A stretch of 64,000 bases of DNA, taken from assembly GCA_963748215.1 (NCBI GenBank), contig CAVVHS010000007.1, positions 32,001-96,000 on the forward strand. The letters run 5' to 3'. Made by a program: the position numbers and the translations under genes. The DNA is from an uncultured Gammaproteobacteria bacterium. GTDB taxonomy: Bacteria > Pseudomonadota > Gammaproteobacteria > UBA9214. Shown in pieces: positions 29,741 through 40,744 of this stretch (positions are counted from its first letter, which is position 1; every line of letters starts with the position of its first letter). The notes below the pieces were generated by a model, which saw only the letters and a program-made list of their open reading frames with translations, was not told the origin of the DNA and did not search any database.

Positions 29741-31069
29741 TCAGAACTTCCAGTTCGCCTGGGCGCTGATGATGTCGACCGAGGCGTCGTACTCGCCGTT
29801 GACGCGGTGTATGCCTTCGACGAACGGCACGGCCGAACTGTAGGCATCAGTGCTTTTAATGTCCGTATCGTCGATAAACAGGTGTGCATAACCGACGTCA
29901 AAGCTCAGCTGCCTCGAATGCTTGTAGCCGGCGCCAAGTGCAAACCAGAGGCGATCCTCGTCAGGCAGCGCGGCCGGGCGAAACTCCGGGCTGGATACCG
30001 GGGTTTCGTCAAACGCCAGACCGCCGCGGAACGTCCATTTCTCGTCATGCTTGTAGCTGGTGCCGACCGATACGCGTGTGCTGTCTTCCCAGTGCAGCGG
30101 GATGGTGTTGGTATTGCCGGTGCCGAAGCGCGCGACCAGGGCATCGATTTTGCTCCACTGCGTCCACATGACATCGGCCATCACCGCCCATTGCGGGTTG
30201 AGCTCGTGCCAGGCACTGAGCAGCAGGCTGTTCGGCAACGAGGCATCGACCTTCGCACCGGTGCTGGGCTGTACAACACTGGTTGATGCGAGGTCGCCGT
30301 CAAGCTCGACATCGACCTTGGAGCGATAGGCCAGTCCAAGGCGGGTATGCTTGGAGGGCTCAAGCAGCACACCGAAGTTGAAACCGAAGCCCCAGTCATC
30401 CACGTCGATCTTGCCGATGCCGTCGGACGTGGCCGCGCCGCCGGTCAGATAGACGTCATCAATCGCGTTCTCCAGGATAAGGTTGGCATACATGGCGCTT
30501 ACGCCGAAGCCGATCGAGGCATGTTCGTTGACCCGAAATGACAGGGTCGGGTTCAGGTTGACCGTGGTGATTTCCGACTCGATGGCGGAATAACGTCCGA
30601 CCCAGCCAGAGCCATATTCTGTTTTCAGGCCAAAGGGCACATTGACGCTCAAACCGAGATTCCACCTGTTGTTGAGTTCCTGCACGTAGGTGAAGTGCGG
30701 CACGTAACCCGTGACGCCGCCGTCGGTGTCGTTGTCAGGTCCGGGTGCGACCGGTGTGCCCGGTACGCCGGGGTAGAGGGGGTTATAGGTTACACTGCCG
30801 CTGAAGTCAGATTCCGGTATGACGACATGCAGGCCGGCGGAGAGCTGCCTGCCTTCCAGTCGCGCCATGCTGGCCGGGTTGAAGAATACTGTCGAGGCAT
30901 CCTCTGAAATCGAGCCGGCACCGGCATAGGCAGTGCCCATGCTGCTCACGCTTTGTTCAATCAGTGCAAAACCAGCGGAAAAGACAGGGGTCATTGCCAG
31001 AGACAGCAGTCCGGCGATACTGATTGCGCAACTGCGACGGGCAACAGGGTGGTACGTGGCCATCTTCAT
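29741..31069 (-). CDS. FadL/OmpP1/TodX-family outer-membrane transporter
   Basis: AGFALIEQS, GTAYAG, FFNPA, PFGLKTEY, C-terminal WKF. Confidence 0.9.
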   Translation of the reverse strand: MKMATYHPVARRSCAISIAGLLSLAMTPVFSAGFALIEQSVSSMGTAYAGAGSISEDASTVFFNPASMARLEGRQLSAGLHVVIPESDFSGSVTYNPLYPGVPGTPVAPGPDNDTDGGVTGYVPHFTYVQELNNRWNLGLSVNVPFGLKTEYGSGWVGRYSAIESEITTVNLNPTLSFRVNEHASIGFGVSAMYANLILENAIDDVYLTGGAATSDGIGKIDVDDWGFGFNFGVLLEPSKHTRLGLAYRSKVDVELDGDLASTSVVQPSTGAKVDASLPNSLLLSAWHELNPQWAVMADVMWTQWSKIDALVARFGTGNTNTIPLHWEDSTRVSVGTSYKHDEKWTFRGGLAFDETPVSSPEFRPAALPDEDRLWFALGAGYKHSRQLSFDVGYAHLFIDDTDIKSTDAYSSAVPFVEGIHRVNGEYDASVDIISAQANWKF

Positions 31070-31338
31070 CTCCTCTCCAGGTTGGGTAGCGTACGGGGAG
31101 AAGGTCTGCCTTTATATTCATCTACAAAATCCGGCGACTGCCTTGCCGAATATTTGCCATCCCCCCGAACAGTGTTGCATACACTACTGCACACGCTGTA
31201 ATTAAACAACACTTTCTGTTGACAACCTGATAACCCTTTGTCACAGTTGCCGCAGTCAGTTTGCGCGGCTGTTGCTTCGGAACAACAATAAGCCGATTGG
31301 CGCGGACAGGACACACTTTAAATGCGAGGAGCACACAT

Positions 31339-32802
31339 ATGAACAGAACCCCGGGGTTATTCCGTGCAGCGGCATTCATTATTGGGATGGGATGCGCATC
31401 GTCAGCGTTCGCCACAGCCGGCTATTTCATGCTGGGTTACGGTGCCAAGTCCATGGGCATGGCCGGAGCCGTGGTATCCAATCCGCAGGACTCCATTGCT
31501 GCAGCCAGTAATCCCGCCGGCATGGCGCTGGTCGGTCAGCGTGTCGATGCCGGCCTGCGCTTTTTCAGCCCGATTCGCGAGGCCCAGATCGACACCTCGG
31601 CCTATGGCGCCACCTTTGACGTGGATGACAAGAGCCGGCGCAACCTGTTCCTGATTCCCAACATCGGGTTTACCCGCATGGTCAATGACCGCCTGTGGTG
31701 GGGTTTCACGGTCTTTGGCAACGGGGGCCTGAATTCCACATATGACCGCAACATATTTGACGAGACCTTTGTCGTGTTCGGTGCCTACGCCGGAGGTGGC
31801 CCCGCTGGAGCTGCCGCGATACCGGAAGGGACCACGACACCTGCCGCGACGACGTTCCCCGGTGGGCCACCATCGGCATCCGATCAGGTTGGCACGCTGG
31901 GTGTGGACCTGGCCCAGTCGATCCAGGCATTGAGCGTCGCGTTCAAGGCCAATGATGCGCACACCATCGGCGCCTCGCTGCTGGTCGGGGTGCAGCGCTT
32001 CAGTGCGCGTGGCCTGGGTAACTTCCAGTGCTTTACCACCACAGTGGCCAGCAACCCGGGTGGTAACCCGTCCTGTGCCTTCGGCGTGGCGGATTTGCCA
32101 TCGCCTTACCTGACTGACAACAACAGCGACTGGTCCTACGGCGCCGGCGTGCGTGTGGGCTGGATCGGCGACATCACCCCGTCACTGACCCTGGGCGCCT
32201 CGGCCGCCAGCAAGATCTATATGACGGAGTTCGACGATTACCGGGATCTGTTCGCCGAGCAGGGTGATCTGGATATCCCTGCCAATTTCGCGCTGAGTGC
32301 CACCGTCAAGGCCACGCCGAAGCTGAACCTGTCATTCGATTTCCAGCGCATTCTCTACGAAGGCGTCGCTTCCATCTCCAACCCGGGACCGGTTGCCTCC
32401 CCTGGCGGGCCGTTCTTCCCCGCTGGCAGCGGCCCGCTCGGTGCTGACAACGGCCTGGGTTTCGGCTGGGAAGACACGAATATCTATCGAATCGGTGCTG
32501 AATACGCGTATGACAACGACTGGACCTTCCGCGCCGGTTTCGCCTATAACGATCAAACGATACCGGCAGACCAGGTACTGTTTAACATCCTGGCGCCGGC
32601 TGTCATCCGCAAGCATGCCACCCTTGGCTTTACCTATAGTCCGGATTCCAGCAGTGAATGGAGCTTTGCCTACATGCATGCATTGAGTGAAACGACCCGG
32701 ACAGCGGCGTCTCCATTCAGCATACCGGGTGTTGTGGATGTGCCGGCAGAAATCTCGATGTACCAGAACTCGGTCGATCTCAGCTATTCGCTGAAGTTCT
32801 GA
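31339..32802 (+). CDS. Second FadL-family outer-membrane transporter (divergent subtype)
   Basis: TAGYFMLGYGAKSMGMAGA, SNPAGM, GNGGLNSTY, GFGWED, FNILAPAV, C-terminal LKF. Confidence 0.85.
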   Translation: MNRTPGLFRAAAFIIGMGCASSAFATAGYFMLGYGAKSMGMAGAVVSNPQDSIAAASNPAGMALVGQRVDAGLRFFSPIREAQIDTSAYGATFDVDDKSRRNLFLIPNIGFTRMVNDRLWWGFTVFGNGGLNSTYDRNIFDETFVVFGAYAGGGPAGAAAIPEGTTTPAATTFPGGPPSASDQVGTLGVDLAQSIQALSVAFKANDAHTIGASLLVGVQRFSARGLGNFQCFTTTVASNPGGNPSCAFGVADLPSPYLTDNNSDWSYGAGVRVGWIGDITPSLTLGASAASKIYMTEFDDYRDLFAEQGDLDIPANFALSATVKATPKLNLSFDFQRILYEGVASISNPGPVASPGGPFFPAGSGPLGADNGLGFGWEDTNIYRIGAEYAYDNDWTFRAGFAYNDQTIPADQVLFNILAPAVIRKHATLGFTYSPDSSSEWSFAYMHALSETTRTAASPFSIPGVVDVPAEISMYQNSVDLSYSLKF

Positions 32803-32827
32803 TTGCAGCCACCGGGTGTTTACAACC

Positions 32828-32857
32828 AAGGCCATCCTCCGGGATGGCCTTTTTTTT
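32828..32857 (+). terminator. Intrinsic terminator
   Basis: AAGGCCATCC-TCCG-GGATGGCCTTTTTTTT. Confidence 0.88.
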
Positions 32858-32917
32858 GTCGTGTTATCTCGTTGCTGACGACGCTAGCCAACCGGTGCGG
32901 TTGCGGGTACGAGAGAG

Positions 32918-33020
32918 GTAGGGTGCGTTTTACGCACCGGCAATAGATGTAGTGACGGTGCACAAAGTGCACCCTACGCACGCATTGAGAATGCAGGGTG
33001 TAGGGTGCGTTTCACGCACC
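32918..33020. repeat. Three GTAGGGTGC REP palindromes
   Basis: GTAGGGTGCGTTTTACGCACC, GGTGCACAAAGTGCACCCTAC, GTAGGGTGCGTTTCACGCACC. Confidence 0.85.
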
Positions 33021-33069
33021 GGTACCCTGACGGTCGTCATCCGGACCGTTTGCGGGCACAATAGTTCGC

Positions 33070-34053
33070 ATGAGCACGCTCTATTACGCTGCGGCCTGCC
33101 AGACCGATTTCGCTTGCCCGGCGACGCATGAGGAAATCGCCGAACGCACGGCGCACATGTGCCGGATGGCGGAGCAGACCATCATCGGTTACGAACCCTT
33201 TCACGATGTGCGCCTGCTGGCGTTTCCCGAGTTCGCGCATGCGGCACCGATCTACGACAGCGTGGCGAAACTGCGCGAGCGGCTGGCCGTGCCCGTGCCC
33301 AACGAACACACCGACCGTTACCACAAGCTATGCAGAAACTACGGCTGCTACATTCAGACCGGCACCTTCCTGGAGGCCGATCCCGCGTATCCCGATGCCG
33401 TGTTCAACACCACCGTGCTGGTGGGGCCGGGCGGCGTGCTGTCGAAATACCGCAAGGTGAACCCCTGGCTTCCCTGGGAACTGCACGCCAGCCCGCACGA
33501 CCTCGCCGACTACGCGGCGGAGCCGTTCCCCGTGGTGGACACGGAGCTGGGCCGGCTCGGCGTCGCCATCTGTTATGACTGGCTGTTTCCGGAGGCCATC
33601 CGCCAGATTGCATTCAACGGCGCGGAGGTCATTATCCGGGTGTCGGCCTACATGGACCCGTGGGGCGCGACGCCGCCCATGGACTGGTGGACACTGTTCA
33701 ATCGCGCGCGTGCCGCCGAGAACACGCTATACGTGGTGGCCGCCAACCAGGGCGCCAGCCTGGAACACTACCCGCCGTTCTCCTGGCCGGGCGGCAGCAT
33801 GGTCGTCGATTATGATGGTCGTATCCTGGCACAGACGGATGCCGGTCCCGGCGAGAAGGTGGTGCTGGCGCCCGTCGATATCGCGGCCTTGCGTCACGAG
33901 CGCGAGCGGCGGGTCGGGCATGATATGCGTGCGCACCTGCGCAGCGAGATGTATCCCTATCTGCAGCAACCGTACCTGGCGCCGGCCACTGCCCATCCGC
34001 TGACCGCCGAAGAGATCCGTATGCGGATCAAACAGGGCAAGCAGCGTACCTGA
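33070..34053 (+). CDS. Nitrilase/carbon-nitrogen hydrolase family protein
   Basis: E-K-C triad contexts FPEF, YRKVNPW, AICYD. Confidence 0.9.
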   Translation: MSTLYYAAACQTDFACPATHEEIAERTAHMCRMAEQTIIGYEPFHDVRLLAFPEFAHAAPIYDSVAKLRERLAVPVPNEHTDRYHKLCRNYGCYIQTGTFLEADPAYPDAVFNTTVLVGPGGVLSKYRKVNPWLPWELHASPHDLADYAAEPFPVVDTELGRLGVAICYDWLFPEAIRQIAFNGAEVIIRVSAYMDPWGATPPMDWWTLFNRARAAENTLYVVAANQGASLEHYPPFSWPGGSMVVDYDGRILAQTDAGPGEKVVLAPVDIAALRHERERRVGHDMRAHLRSEMYPYLQQPYLAPATAHPLTAEEIRMRIKQGKQRT

Positions 34054-34065
34054 GAGTGTTTACTC

Positions 34066-35106
34066 AATGGCCACGGAAGCACACGGAAAAATCCAATAGG
34101 CAGGATGCGCCATAGGGTGAGACGTGAGCCGGCGTAGGGTGCACTTTGTGCACCATTCCCGGTGCGTAGAACGCACCCTACAACGAATGGCCACGGAAGC
34201 ACACGGAAGAATCCTTAGGCAGGATGCGCCATTGGGTGAGACGTGAGCCGGACGTAGGGTGCACTTTGTGCACCATTCCCGGTGCGTAGAACGCACCCTA
34301 CAACGAATGGCCACGGAAGCACACGGAAAAATCCAATAGGCAGGATGCGCCATAGGGTGAGACGTGAGCGGACGTAGGGTGCACTTTGTGCACCATTCCC
34401 GGTGCCTAGAACGCACCCTACAACGAATGGCCACGGAAGCACACGGAAAAATCCAATAGGCAGGATGCGCCATAGGGTGAGACGTGAGCCGGCGTAGGGT
34501 GCACTTTGTGCACCATTCCCGGTGCGTAGAACGCACCCTACAACGAATGGCCACGGAAGCACACGGAAGAATCCTTTAGGCAGGATGCGCCATAGGGTGA
34601 GACGTGAGCGGACGTAGGGTGCACTTTGTGCACCATTCCCGGTGCATAGAACGCACCCTACAACGAATGGCCACGGAAGCACACGGAAAAATCCAATAGG
34701 CAGGATGCGCCATAGGGTGAGACGTGAGCCGGCGTAGGGTGCACTTTGTGCACCATTCCCGGTGCGTAGAACGCACCCTACAACGAATGGCCACGGAAGC
34801 ACACGGAAGAATCCTTTAGGCAGGATGCGCCATAGGGTGAGACGTGAGCGGACGTAGGGTGCACTTTGTGCACCATTCCCGGTGCATAGAACGCACCCTA
34901 CAACGAATGGCCACGGAAGCACACGGAAAAATCCAATAGGCAGGATGCGCCATAGGGTGAGACGTGAGCCGGCGTAGGGTGCACTTTGTGCACCATTCCC
35001 GGTGCGTAGAACGCACCCTACAATAAATGGCCACGGAATCCACGGAAGCACACGGAATTACACGGAAAAAACTATTGGGATAATTCCGTGTGCTTCCGTG
35101 GCCATG
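34066..35106. repeat. Tandem array of eight 120-bp REP-containing units plus terminal palindrome
   Basis: Units start at 34066, 34186 ... 34906; each has CCACGGAAGCACACGGAA, GTGAGACGTGAG and an inverted GTAGGGTGC/GCACCCTAC pair. Confidence 0.95.
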
Positions 35107-35142
35107 CAATAGAAAGCCCTGGCATTCGAAATGTCCGGATCG

Positions 35143-35925
35143 CTAGGGCCGGCAGTTCGGATTCCTGCCCTGCTGTTTCGCGCGCTGCTGCAGTTGCTGT
35201 GCGGCCGGTATGCGACGGGTGAGGTCACTGATGCGGGTACTGTGCGACGGGTGGGTCGACAGGAACTCCGGGGGCTGCCCCTTGTTGGCGCGACTCATGT
35301 TGATCCAGAGCTGGGTGCTCTCGCGCGGGTCGAAGCCGGCCTTCGCCATCAGGTCCAGCCCGAGCATGTCAGCCTCGCTTTCCTGCAGCCGGCTATAGGG
35401 CAGCAGCACGCCGTATTGCGCGCCGACACCCAGCAGACCCATCAGCGTCTGGCCGGTGCCGCTGGTCGGGTTGGCAACGGCGTTGATCAGGCCGATGCCC
35501 TGTTCGACGGCAAATTTCTGCGACACGCGCTCGTTGGAATGCCGTGCCTGAACATGGGCCACCTCGTGACCGATCACGGTCGCCAACTGGTGCTGGTTGG
35601 TGGCGATCTTGAGCAGGCCGGTATTGACGCCGATCTTGCCGCCCGGCAGGGCAAAGGCGTTGGCGCTGTCATCCTCGAATACGACGACTTCCCAGCTGCC
35701 GCCGACCTCGCGGGTGATGGCATTGGCCACGCATTGAACGAACTTGTTGGCCTTGCGGTCTTTCGATGCCGGCGTCTCGCCCTTGATGCTGGTGAAGGCC
35801 TGCAGCCCCATCTGGTCCATCTGGCTGTCCGGCATCAGTACCAGCTGGTTTCTGCCAGTGGGAGAGGTTGTGCAGGCGCCGAGCGCCAGCAGGGCGGTTA
35901 ACAGTAATGTGAAACGTTTAAACAT
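35143..35925 (-). CDS. M48 zinc metalloprotease lipoprotein (LoiP/Oma1-like)
   Basis: Lipobox LGAC, NAFALPGGK, GHEVAH, ESEAD, FLSTHP. Confidence 0.9.
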   Translation of the reverse strand: MFKRFTLLLTALLALGACTTSPTGRNQLVLMPDSQMDQMGLQAFTSIKGETPASKDRKANKFVQCVANAITREVGGSWEVVVFEDDSANAFALPGGKIGVNTGLLKIATNQHQLATVIGHEVAHVQARHSNERVSQKFAVEQGIGLINAVANPTSGTGQTLMGLLGVGAQYGVLLPYSRLQESEADMLGLDLMAKAGFDPRESTQLWINMSRANKGQPPEFLSTHPSHSTRISDLTRRIPAAQQLQQRAKQQGRNPNCRP

Positions 35926-36053
35926 ACGGTGGCCTCCGGGTGTGCCTGCCCGCATTATAAACCGCTTTGCCACCCGGCAGCACCGGCCCCCACCAATAAC
36001 CCGCCTGTTGCGCCAGCATCCGGCATGCCGGCGCCAACAGGGGTAACAGGCGA

Positions 36054-36971
36054 CTACGGGACCGGTGTGCGCCTGACGAGCAGTTCCCGCAGCCGGGCCT
36101 TCCAGCCGTTCATGCGCTGGCCGTACTCGAACAGCAGCAGGCCGGTCAGGATGGTAGCGGTCCCGCCCCAGGCTTCCGCGTGGATGTCCTCGCCGTTCAG
36201 CAGCTTGCCGAGCAGCAGCGCGATCACCGGTGTCAGCAGCGTGATCAGGGCGACGCGGGTAGCCTCGACATGGCGCAGCACATAATAGTACAGGGCGAAG
36301 CCGAGCACCGAGCCGACCATGCCGAGGTAGGCAATCGACACGGCGACACGCGGCGGTACGTGCGACGGCAGCGGTTCGCCGGTCAGGACGTATACCGCGA
36401 GCAGCAAGGGCACGGTGACGGCCAGTCCACCCACGGTGGTTGCCAGCGCAGGGATATCGGCGCCGATGCGCTTGATGGCAATGGCACTGGCCGAGTAGGC
36501 CGTCACGGACAGCAGCAGGCCCGCGATCCCGAGTGCCGCTCCGGGACCGAGCGACCGCGTGCCGATCAGCATGATCGCCAGGCCGGCGATTCCCATCAGC
36601 AGGCCCGTGATGCGTGCCGGTGACAGGGCGGTTTCCTGCAACCAGAAATGCGCCATAACGCCGGTGATCATCGGGGCGATGCCGAACAGCACCGAGATCC
36701 AGCCGGACGGAATGTAGCGCGCGGACCAGTACACCAGCGTCATCGCGCAGAACAGACCCAGGCCGGCAGCCAGGTAGGTACGTCGTGCCGCGCTATGCCA
36801 GGGCAGGCTGATCCTGAACAGCAGCACAGCGACCAGGCCGGTCAGCACGCCGATGCACATGCGTGTGGTGATTCCGAACAGCCAGCCGACTTCGTCGCCG
36901 CTCCACTGGATAGCCAGTGGCGTGGTCGACCAGATCAGTATCACTCCGATGTATGCCGCCGGGATGGACAC
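36054..36971 (-). CDS. DMT/EamA-family transporter
   Basis: Ten hydrophobic segments, IWSTTPLAI, two EamA-like halves. Confidence 0.88.
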   Translation of the reverse strand: MSIPAAYIGVILIWSTTPLAIQWSGDEVGWLFGITTRMCIGVLTGLVAVLLFRISLPWHSAARRTYLAAGLGLFCAMTLVYWSARYIPSGWISVLFGIAPMITGVMAHFWLQETALSPARITGLLMGIAGLAIMLIGTRSLGPGAALGIAGLLLSVTAYSASAIAIKRIGADIPALATTVGGLAVTVPLLLAVYVLTGEPLPSHVPPRVAVSIAYLGMVGSVLGFALYYYVLRHVEATRVALITLLTPVIALLLGKLLNGEDIHAEAWGGTATILTGLLLFEYGQRMNGWKARLRELLVRRTPVP

Positions 36972-37005
36972 GACAATCTCCTTGAGGTTCTGGTTATGAA
37001 AAACG

Positions 37006-37038
37006 AAAAAGGCCGCAGGGTTTGCACCGTGCGGCCTT
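37006..37038 (-). terminator. Terminator hairpin in the 5' leader of the EamA gene (candidate attenuator)
   Basis: Minus strand AAGGCCGCA...TGCGGCCTTTTT, 35 bp before the start codon. Confidence 0.65.
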
Positions 37039-37064
37039 CGGGATTCGCTGGTTTGATCAGTCTG

Positions 37065-37169
37065 CTACTGTATCGCAACCCCCGTCTCGCCACACCCGCG
37101 CACGGCCACCCGCCACGCCGGCAGTCGGCGGGCACGGATTGTGACGGGATGCATGTGACAGTGGTTCAT
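37065..37169 (-). CDS. Candidate 34-aa leader peptide
   Basis: MNHCHMHPVTIRARRLPAWRVAVRGCGETGVAIQ between a sigma-70-like promoter and the terminator. Confidence 0.45.
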   Translation of the reverse strand: MNHCHMHPVTIRARRLPAWRVAVRGCGETGVAIQ

Positions 37170-37176
37170 GGGTTCG

Positions 37177-37205
37177 AGTCTTTCAGACGGGCCTGCGCGT
37201 GTCAA
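37177..37205 (-). promoter_or_regulatory. Sigma-70-like promoter
   Basis: TTGACA-17 bp-AAGACT with extended TGn, ending 7 nt before the leader ATG. Confidence 0.55.
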
Positions 37206-37221
37206 GCGCTGCAAGGAAAAG

Positions 37222-37980
37222 TCATTTCGGTTGCTTGACGAGCACGCGGAGTTTTTCGATATCGCGGCTCCGGAACGAGAAAGAAAAATTGCCGCTCCGG
37301 TTGCGCTGGGCAAATTGCAGCCTGCTCTTGGTGGCACCGGTCAGGCGGTATTCCTTTTCGACGACGTTCTTGCGCGTTACCTTGACGGTCGCGCCGATGT
37401 ATTTGTGTGCCTCCGATACATCGATCGGGATGTAGGTCACGCGATAGCCCGTGTTCTGCGACTTCACCTTCTTGCGCATGTCGTGGTAGGGGACCTCTTC
37501 GACCTCTTCGGCCTCGGCGGCTTCCGCGTCTTCGGCTTGCCTCATGGCTTCCAGTGCCTCCCTGACCAGCTGCTCGCGGGCAAATTCCGCCGCGGGTATG
37601 TTGCGTATATCGAGCCCGGACTTTTGCGCGAAGGCCAGGTTGGCCTTGAGGAAGTTGCTGGCATCGCGGCTGGCCAGCTTGTCGGACTGCATGCCCTGCT
37701 GGACGCGCACGCCGGTACGCAACAGTTCCCAGCCGCCCCAGGCATTGAACATGTACAGGGTCAGGCCCAGGGTCACGAGGAACGCGACGGCGTAGACCGT
37801 CAGCGGTTTCTTTACGTCTTTCCAGTACCGGCGGCCAAAGACGGCAGCGCCGAGCGGTGAAAACAGCAGGACGGCAAGGCCCCACCCGGCATGCCTGTGA
37901 AAGGCACGCATGGCGAGCCAGCACAGAGCAATCAGGGTGATGACGGCGGATACCTGGGCTGTTACATCGATTAAATTCAT
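37222..37980 (-). CDS. Hypothetical membrane protein
   Basis: Three N-terminal TM segments (AF...GWGL...P), soluble C-terminus; clean 252-aa ORF. Confidence 0.7.
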   Translation of the reverse strand: MNLIDVTAQVSAVITLIALCWLAMRAFHRHAGWGLAVLLFSPLGAAVFGRRYWKDVKKPLTVYAVAFLVTLGLTLYMFNAWGGWELLRTGVRVQQGMQSDKLASRDASNFLKANLAFAQKSGLDIRNIPAAEFAREQLVREALEAMRQAEDAEAAEAEEVEEVPYHDMRKKVKSQNTGYRVTYIPIDVSEAHKYIGATVKVTRKNVVEKEYRLTGATKSRLQFAQRNRSGNFSFSFRSRDIEKLRVLVKQPK

Positions 37981-38099
37981 TTACTCAGACCAGCCGGATT
38001 TCGGGGACGGACATTCATCTACAGTGTTCGACAGACCCGGGAACAAGCTTTAGACGTTGATGGAGTTGGCTTATTACACCTGCCCCGGATAGTGACAAG

Positions 38100-38115
38100 T
38101 GTGACGCGCGTCACA
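38100..38115. promoter_or_regulatory. CRP-family binding site
   Basis: Perfect TGTGA-CGCGCG-TCACA, intergenic, 120 bp upstream of the 37980 start. Confidence 0.65.
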
Positions 38116-38186
38116 AAACGGGTCCGGGCACCTGCGAAGGGGCGACAGCCGGACTGGCAGGCGGGATGCCTCGTCTGCCAGGTCTG

Positions 38187-38405
38187 TCAGTAGTGGGGGG
38201 GTGGCGGTTCCGCTTCCGGGGTCGCCGGGTAGCCTGCAGCCAGACCCCTGAGCTGTTCCTCGATGCGCTTGATCGTTTCCGCCTGGGTCCGTGTCAGTTG
38301 TTCCTGCCGGAGCAGGGAGCGGGTCATTTCATCGAGTGCTGCCTCGAGATGCATCAGGCGCATCTCGAGCGACTCCATGCGTTGCTCGAGTTCAGGCATA
38401 GACAT
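38187..38405 (-). CDS. slyX: SlyX family protein
   Basis: Coiled coil ending EPPPPHY. Confidence 0.88.
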   Translation of the reverse strand: MSMPELEQRMESLEMRLMHLEAALDEMTRSLLRQEQLTRTQAETIKRIEEQLRGLAAGYPATPEAEPPPPHY

Positions 38406-38449
38406 GGCAGCAATCGCCTGGGCGCAGTGGTGTGCGGTTCATGCCGGCA

Positions 38450-39631
<1,182 letters not shown>

Positions 39632-39759
39632 GCGTTCATCCTGCAAGCGGTTTCAACAGATAGCGGATGATACCTAACCTGGCTGCGAGAAGCACAGTAG
39701 CCGCCAGCGCGGTCATGCCGCGCCGGTGTGGAACTCTCCCTCGGGTGAGGCTGTCGCCG

Positions 39760-40422
39760 TCAGGCGGCGAGTGGTACTGCGACCTCGCGCAGGATTTCAT
39801 CCTTGCGCGCCAGAACGGCAGTGCGCAATCCCTCGAAGTCAGCGCCTACGGCCTCGAACAGGGCCTGCACGTCGATACCCGTCGCGAAGAAGGTGTGCGT
39901 CAGATCGGCAATGCGCTGAGGAATCCTGTCGAGGCAGGCCTGTCGCGCTGCAGGCTGCATGCGTGCCAGTTCCTCGCGCAGGCGATTGATACCGAAGGCA
40001 ATGTGGTTGAGCTCGTCCGCCAGCGGGATATGCAGGGATTCCTGTGTACCCGGGTCCGCCAGCGGCACGATCTGCTCGACGGCATCGCTGCCGAGTGCTT
40101 CCACGCACAGGTACATGTCAATGAGAAAATCGAGCCAGCCCAGCGCACGGAAGTGCGCGAGAATGGCCGCTTCCTGTGCCGCCGTTAGTAGCGGTGTACT
40201 ATCCCCGCCGAACTGCGCCATCCACTCCTGCTGGATGACGACATGCCGGGATTCGTCGCCGACCTGCCGTGCGAGACCCAGCCGCGCGGCATCATCAGGT
40301 GCATGGCCGATGCGCTCGGCACAGGCCAGCATGATCAGTTTGTCCACCTGTGTATACAACACCAGCAACTGTCCCATGGCGGAACGGTAGTCGGGTCGGG
40401 TCGGGGAATGGATCTGCTTCAT
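39760..40422 (-). CDS. Ferritin-like (diiron) domain protein
   Basis: Two DExxH motifs (DESRH, DELNH) with intervening VEALG; RBS GGAGG before ATG 40422. Confidence 0.75.
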   Translation of the reverse strand: MKQIHSPTRPDYRSAMGQLLVLYTQVDKLIMLACAERIGHAPDDAARLGLARQVGDESRHVVIQQEWMAQFGGDSTPLLTAAQEAAILAHFRALGWLDFLIDMYLCVEALGSDAVEQIVPLADPGTQESLHIPLADELNHIAFGINRLREELARMQPAARQACLDRIPQRIADLTHTFFATGIDVQALFEAVGADFEGLRTAVLARKDEILREVAVPLAA

Positions 40423-40744
40423 GGTGGTTTCCTCCAGCAGTGGCTGATAGTTGTATGTGCGCAGGAATGCGCGAACGATGGATCCTGCCGGTGTGTCAAT
40501 TGGATGCAGGAGCGCTTCGCACGGCCGTTCCCGCACATGGCCCGGGCCAGCCTCTCGACCCGGGCTATGTCCGTAAAAACAGTCTCACCTGTTCCCTGCA
40601 CATCGCGCGAGGTTTTTCTCGAAAATATCGCGGACATCGTTCGCTCCTGCAGGTCGGGTTAATGGACGGGCAGATTGTCGGAGTGACAAAATCGAGTATA
40701 GACACGTTCCTCTGGTTTGCCAGAATGGTTTGCAGGTGACGGAA

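Noticed and set aside
29741-32802. FadL barrels as the porin partner of the giant cytochrome
   Set aside because: FadL barrels are small and plugged by a hatch domain, unlike MtrB-type porins, and lie about 15 kb away.
34066-35106. CRISPR array
   Set aside because: Units are near-identical over the whole 120 bp with no unique spacers, and no cas genes are present.
34060-35109. Repetitive Cys-rich ORFs (CTKC repeats) on the minus strand
   Set aside because: Translations of the DNA repeat, broken in different frames; no RBS or coding signal.
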